IMG/VR virus record: IMGVR_UViG_3300045996_002572
Coordinates: 10,298 to 74,297 of that record
Reading direction: 5' to 3' (one strand)
DNA: 64,000 nucleotides
Source of the DNA: a virus
Shown piece after piece: positions 57,473 through 64,000 of the stretch (the stretch's first letter is position 1; every line of letters begins with the position of its first letter). The notes beneath the pieces are model-generated. The model saw nothing but the letters and a program-made list of their open reading frames with translations, was not told where the DNA came from and searched no databases. A program made the translations under genes and the position numbers.

Positions 57473-58867
57473 TCACCCCCGCTCCTCCCGCCGGAACTCC
57501 AGCACTCCCGCCTCCCTCCCCTCCCCCATCAGCTTCCGCGTGAACGTCTCCAGCTTGGCGGCGGCCTCGGCCAAACTCGGTCCGTGCTGGTGCAGGTAGA
57601 CGGTGTCCGTGATCGCGGCGCCTCGATGGCCGAGGAGCTGCGCGGCGTGCTCGGGTTTGATGCCGGCCCGCACCATCGTTGTCCGGGCGGTGTGCCGGGT
57701 GCTCTTGACCGGCACCCCCGACACGGAGCCGTCAGGCTGCAGGTGAGCGAGGATGGTGCTCCGTTCTCTGGAGCCTTCGAGGATGACCGCGGCATCCCGC
57801 AGCACTCGGGCCCAAGCCTCGTTCAAGCGGAAGAGAGACTTCCCGCGCTCCCTGCCGGGCACGAGCAGGTGCTCTGAGCCTCGCGGTCGATCGATGGCGA
57901 GCAGGCGGGAGACAGCGTCAGGGCCGAGATAGAGGTGCCGGCCCTGCCGGTTGCCCCTGTCTCCCTTAGCCCGGGGGATCTCGAGCCGGGGCACGGGCCC
58001 GCGGGGGTCACGGAGCCAGGACAGTAGCCCCCAGCACAGCTCCTCCCGGTGCCGGCACCCGGTGTAGAGCGTTACCCGGAGGGCACAGAGGGCGGTGAAG
58101 CTGGGGAGATGCCGGGAGAGCCCGGAGCCGCCGCGCGCCTGGAGCTCCAGGTTCCGGAGCGCCTGCCCGAGGGCCGCGAGGTCGGCATCCTCCAAGTACA
58201 CCTCGGCCGCCGCGACCTCCCAGGGCTCGACCTCGGCGAAGGGGTTGCGAATGACGTAGCCGCGCCGGCGGGCGAACTCGAAAAGGGTGAGGGCGTAGGC
58301 GAGGGCGTGATTCGCGGTGTGCCGCCCGTCGGCGTGGGGCCGGTCGACCCGGACGGCGTCCCGGATCTGGACCTTGAGGCGTTCCGCGATCTGCGGCGTC
58401 AACTCGCGCAGCTTCAGCTCCCCAATCGCCGGCCCCAGCCTCCCGCCCCACAGGTCGTCGTACCAGTCCAGGGTCCGCTTGCTCTTGCCCTCGCGCCGTC
58501 CGGAGACGTACCAAGCGCGGTGCTCCTCTCGCAGGCGAGCCACGCTCATCAACCGGCCATCCAAGAGGGTGGGCTCGGCCTCCTCGTCCTCGTGCTCGCG
58601 GCGGGCGGAGCGGGCGGCGACCCGGAAGTCTTCTAGGTCCCCGATCCCGACGTCCTGGGGGACGATCGCCACCTTCGCCCAGTTCTTTCCCCGGTTGTAC
58701 CGGACGCCGATCTGCACCTGCTTGCGGAGCACCCGGAGGTGCACCTGGTACTGGAGATCCTTCACGTAGTAGAAGCCCTCGCTTGGAGGGTTCTGGTAGG
58801 CGGCCCGGATCACGTCCACCGTGAGGCGGGAGACCAGGGAGGCGGGGCGGCGGAGGTTACGCGGCAC
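57473..58867 (-). CDS. int: Phage integrase (tyrosine recombinase)
   Basis: YTGCR, K, KSTRHT, LLGH, TDTVY catalytic set; N-terminal arm-binding-like region. Confidence 0.92.
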   Translation of the reverse strand: MPRNLRRPASLVSRLTVDVIRAAYQNPPSEGFYYVKDLQYQVHLRVLRKQVQIGVRYNRGKNWAKVAIVPQDVGIGDLEDFRVAARSARREHEDEEAEPTLLDGRLMSVARLREEHRAWYVSGRREGKSKRTLDWYDDLWGGRLGPAIGELKLRELTPQIAERLKVQIRDAVRVDRPHADGRHTANHALAYALTLFEFARRRGYVIRNPFAEVEPWEVAAAEVYLEDADLAALGQALRNLELQARGGSGLSRHLPSFTALCALRVTLYTGCRHREELCWGLLSWLRDPRGPVPRLEIPRAKGDRGNRQGRHLYLGPDAVSRLLAIDRPRGSEHLLVPGRERGKSLFRLNEAWARVLRDAAVILEGSRERSTILAHLQPDGSVSGVPVKSTRHTARTTMVRAGIKPEHAAQLLGHRGAAITDTVYLHQHGPSLAEAAAKLETFTRKLMGEGREAGVLEFRREERG

Positions 58868-60533
58868 CGTCGGCCGCCTTTCTGGCCGCGCTGGTTTCCA
58901 GGTCGACCACTTGAACCTCGTTCAGCAGCGGCGCATCATCGGCGATCCGTGCGACCGACTGCTGCACGTACTCGGGTTTCAGCTCGCACCCGACGAAGCA
59001 GCGACCCAGCCGGAGGGAGACCAGTGCCGTCGTTCCAGCTCCCGAGAAGGGGTCGAGCACCAGGCATGGGGCGGAGGGTGCACCGCAGAGGCAGGTGGGC
59101 CGGTAGCCCCGCACGGTTGAGACAGTGGTGCCGCGCGGGAAGCCCTGACGGCCGTTGCTCTGGTCAAGGGGCTTCTGCTCGCCGGCGCCGCGCACTCCCT
59201 TCTCTTGGGCGACATCGGTCTGCGGCTCGAAAGCCCAGTCGACGACAGGCGCCCACGGAGACCCGCACGCCTCGCACTGTCCACCCCCCGACGTCCCGGC
59301 CTTGACGCAGGGCTCGACCAGGTCCGGCGGGAAGGTGGCGAAGTGGGCGCCCGGGTAGGGGGCGGTGGCGACCACCCAAACGGTGCGGGGGTTGCGTCCG
59401 CCCGGGTTGCCGTCGACGCCGAGGTCCTCGCGCTGGGCGGTGCTGTAGGTCTGTGCCGGCAGCAGCGAGTCCGGTCGGGCCGCCTTCCTGCCGTTGGGGC
59501 GCGACTGCGGCCGCATCGTGCGGGGCTCGCGGACCGCCTCCTGGTCGGCGAAGTAGCGGTCGGACTTGGCGAGCAGAAAGAGATACTCGTGGCCCTTCGT
59601 GGGGCGCCAAGCTCCGCGCCGGAGCACCAGCCCGCCGTTCGGAGTGCAGTCCTCGCATCCGGGGCAGTCTTCCCACTCTGCGCGAGAGTCGAAGGAGCTG
59701 GAGTCCTCGGCCCCGCGCGCGCCGCCGGGCTTCCCAACCGCATCCCACGCCTCTCCCTTCTTCTCGCCCACCGCCCGCCTGCTCGGCCCCACCTGGATCC
59801 GGTGCCGCTCCCACCGCACCCCCGCCACGCTTTCAGGTAGCGGGTTCCTCTTGCTCCAGATGATGTCCGATCGGAGCCACCAGCCGTCTTCCCGGAGGGC
59901 GAACGCCATCGCCCAGGGTAGGCCCATCAGATCGCCCTGCTTGAATCGGCTGTCGGGCCCGTAGCTCTTGCGCAGCGCGCATGTCCGTCGATGTTCGGCG
60001 TGAGGAGCGATCGAGCCCTCCAACCCAGAGGTGCCGATCGAGCCATTGGGCCTGCTCCAATAGCTGTCCCCGAGGTTGAGCCACACTGTGCCGTCTTCCC
60101 GCAACACCCGCCGCACCTCCCGGAAGACCTCGACCAGGTGGGCGATGTAGAGGTCCGGCGTCGGCTCTAGGCCGAGGCAACCCAGCCAAGCCCCGCAATG
60201 GAAGCACGTCTGGGAGGCAGAGGGAGGGCGCTTCTGCGCTTCGATCTTGGACGCGATCGTGTCGCCGTTGAGGCCGTTCGCGTAGTTGCCCAGCCCCGAT
60301 CTCGCCGTCCTTCCGGTCTGCCCCGGCAGCAACTCGGCCTCACCCCAGACATGGACGCACCCTGAATCTCCGCCCCAGGCGCTCGGCGGCAGACCGTAGT
60401 CCCGGAGCCCCCAGTAGGGCGGCGAGGTCACCACCGTCTGCACACAGGTGGCAGGCAACGCCCGCAGCCCGTCCAGGACGTGCCCCTGGAAGATCGTCGC
60501 CCGCCTGCCGCTGGTATCATGAACACAACGCAT
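58857..60533 (-). CDS. DNA amino-methyltransferase (N4C/N6A, beta class)
   Basis: TSPPYWG, WLNLGDSY, AHFATFPP, LDPFSGAGTT. Confidence 0.92.
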   Translation of the reverse strand: MRCVHDTSGRRATIFQGHVLDGLRALPATCVQTVVTSPPYWGLRDYGLPPSAWGGDSGCVHVWGEAELLPGQTGRTARSGLGNYANGLNGDTIASKIEAQKRPPSASQTCFHCGAWLGCLGLEPTPDLYIAHLVEVFREVRRVLREDGTVWLNLGDSYWSRPNGSIGTSGLEGSIAPHAEHRRTCALRKSYGPDSRFKQGDLMGLPWAMAFALREDGWWLRSDIIWSKRNPLPESVAGVRWERHRIQVGPSRRAVGEKKGEAWDAVGKPGGARGAEDSSSFDSRAEWEDCPGCEDCTPNGGLVLRRGAWRPTKGHEYLFLLAKSDRYFADQEAVREPRTMRPQSRPNGRKAARPDSLLPAQTYSTAQREDLGVDGNPGGRNPRTVWVVATAPYPGAHFATFPPDLVEPCVKAGTSGGGQCEACGSPWAPVVDWAFEPQTDVAQEKGVRGAGEQKPLDQSNGRQGFPRGTTVSTVRGYRPTCLCGAPSAPCLVLDPFSGAGTTALVSLRLGRCFVGCELKPEYVQQSVARIADDAPLLNEVQVVDLETSAARKAADGAA

Positions 60534-60562
60534 CCCGCTCGCCCTCCTCAGCCTCCCGGCCG

Positions 60563-60822
60563 GATCTGTACAAATCTGGACTACAGGGGTGGCGAAAAGG
60601 GGCGAAATTTGTCGTCCGGTTGTCGGACGGGATGGGCAATGCAGGCGGGTAAGCTGCGGAGAATCAGCGGTACGGCGTGAACTTGGCGGGCTTGACCTCT
60701 GAATGGGGTTCAGGGGGTCCCGGGTTCAAATCCCGGCGTCCCGACCAATTTCACCACTGATTCCAAAGAACTTACCGTTCTTCAAGCCCATCGACAAACG
60801 CAGATCTGTACTCGATCTGTAC
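60563..60822 (+). repeat. Integrase arm-type sites flanking the att core
   Basis: GATCTGTAC at 60563, 60803 and 60814; variant AATCTGGAC at 60573. Confidence 0.75.
60699..60747 (+). other. attP: attP core matching the 3' half of tRNA-Pro(GGG)
   Basis: CTGAATGGGGTTCAG-GGGGTC-CCGGGTTCAAATCCCGG-CGTCCCG-ACCA; 5' tRNA half absent. Confidence 0.88.
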
Positions 60823-60848
60823 TCGCCCCATCACTCCCGCCAGCCATT

Positions 60849-61250
60849 CTACCGCGCCCGGCGGCCCCGCCGCTGCCCCTGCTCCACGCTCTTCTGCTCG
60901 CCCTTGCGTCGCCACTCCCAGACCTTCTTGACCGGGTAGCGGACGCTGCCCGCGTTGCGGTACGCCGGCCCCGTGCCCTCGGCGCGCCACCTCTGGACCG
61001 TCCGCGCCTTCACCTTCTCCAGGTGCGCGAGTTCGACCTCCTCGAGGTCGCGAAGGTCCACCTCGGCCTGCTGGGCGGCGGCGACCACCTGCTCCCAGGT
61101 GTCGAGCGTGAGGCACCGCGCCACAGCGGCGAGGTCGGGGCGGCACCCTTCCGGCACGGGCTCGACCCTCGCTCGGCCGATAGCGGTCAGGCCCTCCACT
61201 GCTACCGTGAGCCGGTCCAGGGCTTCGGAGTCAACTACGCTCAGGTTCAT
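60849..61250 (-). CDS. Excisionase-like HTH protein
   Basis: EVELAHLEKVKARTVQRWRAEGTGPAY...VRYP; adjacent to attP. Confidence 0.8.
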   Translation of the reverse strand: MNLSVVDSEALDRLTVAVEGLTAIGRARVEPVPEGCRPDLAAVARCLTLDTWEQVVAAAQQAEVDLRDLEEVELAHLEKVKARTVQRWRAEGTGPAYRNAGSVRYPVKKVWEWRRKGEQKSVEQGQRRGRRAR

Positions 61251-61260
61251 CGGCTGCTCC

Positions 61261-61770
61261 TCAAAACGGGATGTCGGAGTCGGGGAGGGGGTCCTGAGCA
61301 GGCGCGGGTGGAAGCCCCAGAGCCCGCAAGGTTCTTGACCAGAAGGCGCACCAGAGAGGTGCGTAGAGATGACCGGGCCGCTGTCGCCAGAGGAAGCGAG
61401 CGAGCCCAAGCCGGAAGCCACCGCTAGCGAGAAACTCTGCGCCGCAGTCGCACGACGGATACCGGCCGCCTGGAATGAACTCGATCGAGCAGACAGCGCA
61501 GATCGACGGCTCGGGCTCGTCTTCAACCTCGATCAGGTAGCTGCCGGGCCCGAACATGGCGCGGGCGAAGTGTGCGGCGAAGCCATCACCTCCTGCCCAG
61601 CGGTGCGCCGGCTCCAGATCTCGTGACCCAGGCAGGCCCACCTCTGCGGCGACGCATGCCACCTGCCAAGCCGCCAGTTCCTCGGCCGTCGCGGCGTACT
61701 TGTCGGGCCGGAACCCTCGGGGATCTCCGCCCGGGAAGGCGCCGTAGGATTCTTCGAGCGTCGGCATCAC
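61261..61770 (-). CDS. Hypothetical Cys-containing protein
   Basis: GAGGAG RBS; CAVC, CDC; ends DIPF. Confidence 0.55.
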   Translation of the reverse strand: MMPTLEESYGAFPGGDPRGFRPDKYAATAEELAAWQVACVAAEVGLPGSRDLEPAHRWAGGDGFAAHFARAMFGPGSYLIEVEDEPEPSICAVCSIEFIPGGRYPSCDCGAEFLASGGFRLGLARFLWRQRPGHLYAPLWCAFWSRTLRALGLPPAPAQDPLPDSDIPF

Positions 61771-61989
61771 TCTCTCCTCAGGTGCATCACCTCACCTGCT
61801 CCAGGGTCAGGCGAGGGGGTCGGGGTCGTTGACGGGCAGGGCCAAGGCGAGAATGGCGGCGGCCACCTCTCCGCAGGCGCGTTCCTCTTCGATGTGCGGC
61901 GCCGGGCAGACGACATGCGCTGCTGCTGCCAATCCGTCGTTAAAGGCCTTGGCATAGTCCGGGGCCACAGGCTTCGCCGGGCCGCTCAC

Positions 61990-62337
61990 CTACGTGGTCT
62001 CCCCAGGGTAGAAGCGGTAGTCCCGGGCGAGGTCGGCGTCGATCCGCGCCTCGCGGGCTGCGCAGGTGAGGGCGTCACTGGCCGGCGCCGGACCGAGGAT
62101 GGCGGCCAGCGCCTCGTTCAGGGTCTCGACCCGCTGCAGGGCCCCGTTCTTGGTGACGTTGCCGTCGTCCGGTCCCACGTACCAGCGGGCCAGCTCCTCG
62201 ACCTGCTCAGGCGTCCAGGGGGCGCGGGTCAGGTCGAGCGCCCGCGGCTTCTTGGCGCAGAGCGGCGAGACGCCTCCCTCGGTGTTGATGAGCTTCGCCA
62301 TGCGGACGGGCTTGGGCTTCAGGTAGTCGCGGGGCAT
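61990..62337 (-). CDS. Hypothetical protein
   Basis: AAGGAGGAG RBS before ATG. Confidence 0.55.
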   Translation of the reverse strand: MPRDYLKPKPVRMAKLINTEGGVSPLCAKKPRALDLTRAPWTPEQVEELARWYVGPDDGNVTKNGALQRVETLNEALAAILGPAPASDALTCAAREARIDADLARDYRFYPGETT

Positions 62338-62954
62338 CTCTCCTCCTTCGGGCCTTTCTTGTCCATGCTCCATCGCCACAGCAGGCATGTCACGCAGACC
62401 GGCTCCATGGGCGGGGCGACGAAGATCCAGCCGTGCAGCTTCCATGGCCCCGCATCCCTGCCGCACACTCGACACGCGGATTCCGGCATCTCTCTCCTCC
62501 TCAGTGCCAGCGCTCGGCTCCTGCCGGCGCTTGGACAACAGGTAGTGCATCAGGGTCAGGGACAGTGCAGGCAGCCACGAACCGGAGGCCGGTGTCGCGC
62601 TGGAGGGCTCGGGCCATCTGGTTCGCGTCGCCCTCGCTTCCCAGGTCTGGGGAGATCACTACCCAGCCGTGGTCAGGGGAGGCGGAGGGGAGGAGGGGCT
62701 CCGGTTCGCAGCGGATCAGCTCCCGGGCGATCCAGCCGCCGGCAGCACCAGCGGCGAAGGCGAGGAGGAGGCGCTTCATCGCGGGCTCCAGAGCAGGCAA
62801 TCGGTGATCGGGTGCGGTCCCTGCTGCAGGCACGAAGCACTCGCGGCATGACACGTCAGGTCGGGCGCGGCGATCGCAAACAGGACGGTTGCGTGCGCAG
62901 GGTAGACCGGCTCGTGGCGGCAGCACTTCGGCGCCGGACGAGGGGGCAGGCGCT

Positions 62955-64000
62955 TCATCGGGCCTCCCCGGTGGCGGCGAGGGGCTCGAGTTCGACCACC
63001 TGGACATCGTTGAGCAGGGGGGCGTCCGCTCGGATGCGGCGCTCAGAGTCTGCGGCGTGCTGCGGGTCGAGCTCGATCCCGATCACTGCTTCCCATCCGA
63101 CTCGCAGAGCGCCGATGATCTCGGATCCCGCGCCCGAGAAGGGCACCATGAGGTGGCGGGGCTCGCCGTTCCGGGCCGGAGGAAGCAAAAGCTTGGCAAG
63201 GTAGGCCGTGAGGTCGACCGGCTTCAGAGTGGGGTGTTCCGATCCACCACGCTCAGACGGGGAGACCTTAGCGCAGTAGAAGAAGCGGGACGCCGGGCCG
63301 GAGTCGGCGATCGTGTCGTGCCGGACCTCGCGGCCGAGATTTCCGCGCCAGCCAACCCCCTCCCGCTGCGTACCGGCCGCCATGAAGCCGCTCGAGAGGT
63401 TGCCGCTCTGGTGCTCCAGCTCGGCCACCTGACAGCTGGGGGCGCAGCGCTCCGCGCCGCACTCGTGGCGGTGGACGAAGATGGCGTTTGCCGGCCAGCG
63501 GCCCTCGGCCTCTGCTCGCGCAACGGCAACCCGGCTCCGCTCCAGCGCCGCCTCTCGAGCCGCCTCATCTGCCTTCCAGGGTCGGTCCCAGCCCTTTCGT
63601 CGACTGGAGATTGACCCGCCGCGCAAGTTGTCCCCGTTGGCCGGTATTCGGGCGCCCCCGATGTTCAGCCCCGCCACCCCGTGCTGCTGCGCGTTCTCCG
63701 CGAACGTCCCAGCGAGGGGCGCCATGGCGAGCACCACCGGCTCCCAGGCTGGTTTCAGGGCTGTGCCGTAGGCCGCCCATGCGACAGCCTCAGGCGACGC
63801 CGGCGCAGTCAAGAGCGCCGCCCCCGTGTTGCCACCCGAATAGATGCCGCCGTAGCCGACGCCGGAGTGCGGCGGGTGGTTCGGATTGGCGCCGATTACC
63901 TTGCGGGAGGCGCCCACGGCCCGGTCGAGCGATTTCGAGATGTCCAACGACTTCGGGAACCCCTGCCCATGTACCCAGGCCACCCCGACCGAGTCCCTCA
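62955..64000 (-). CDS. DNA amino-methyltransferase, C-terminal part (5' end outside window)
   Basis: WVHGQGFPKS, GTALKPAWEP, GRWPAN, SRFFYCAK, HPTLKP, PFSGAGS. Confidence 0.88.
   Translation of the reverse strand, partial: RDSVGVAWVHGQGFPKSLDISKSLDRAVGASRKVIGANPNHPPHSGVGYGGIYSGGNTGAALLTAPASPEAVAWAAYGTALKPAWEPVVLAMAPLAGTFAENAQQHGVAGLNIGGARIPANGDNLRGGSISSRRKGWDRPWKADEAAREAALERSRVAVARAEAEGRWPANAIFVHRHECGAERCAPSCQVAELEHQSGNLSSGFMAAGTQREGVGWRGNLGREVRHDTIADSGPASRFFYCAKVSPSERGGSEHPTLKPVDLTAYLAKLLLPPARNGEPRHLMVPFSGAGSEIIGALRVGWEAVIGIELDPQHAADSERRIRADAPLLNDVQVVELEPLAATGEAR

Larger units (their letters stand above)
1..64000. mobile_element. Temperate tailed bacteriophage genome (siphovirus-like), excised/attP form; window ends fall inside phage sequence
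   Basis: Terminases, portal, capsid, tail tube, tape measure, endolysin, integrase, cI/cro and attP all present; no host housekeeping genes seen. Confidence 0.95.

Noticed and set aside
60699-60747. Complete tRNA-Pro gene
   Set aside because: No 5' acceptor strand or D-arm upstream; it fits an att core

Overview
The whole window is a high-GC temperate tailed phage (siphovirus-like, no sheath gene seen), apparently in the excised, attP-joined state: the 3' half of a tRNA-Pro(GGG) with arm-type repeats (60699-60747) has phage genes on both sides. Gene order: leftward early replication/recombination operon (VRR-NUC, DnaC-like loader, initiator with iterons, C5-MTase, AAA ATPase, DEDDh exonuclease, HNH-like protein, tRNA with UGU anticodon); cro/cI switch at ~12.1 kb; accessory block; terminases, portal, head, tail and lysis genes (18.3-50 kb) interrupted by small antisense cassettes; then leftward accessory genes, a decayed recombinase, integrase, two amino-MTases and an excisionase-like gene. 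The best candidate for an undescribed system is a secreted pro-peptide carrying two G-x-x-[IV]-D-P-x-G motifs, followed by an HTH-less TPR protein that converges on a repressor lacking an autocleavage domain. This looks like an arbitrium/RRNPP-analogous peptide signal controlling lysogeny. The host may be Acidobacteriota (Thermoanaerobaculia), inferred only from my recollection of similar TPR and secreted protein families. All calls come from reading motifs by eye; no searches were run.
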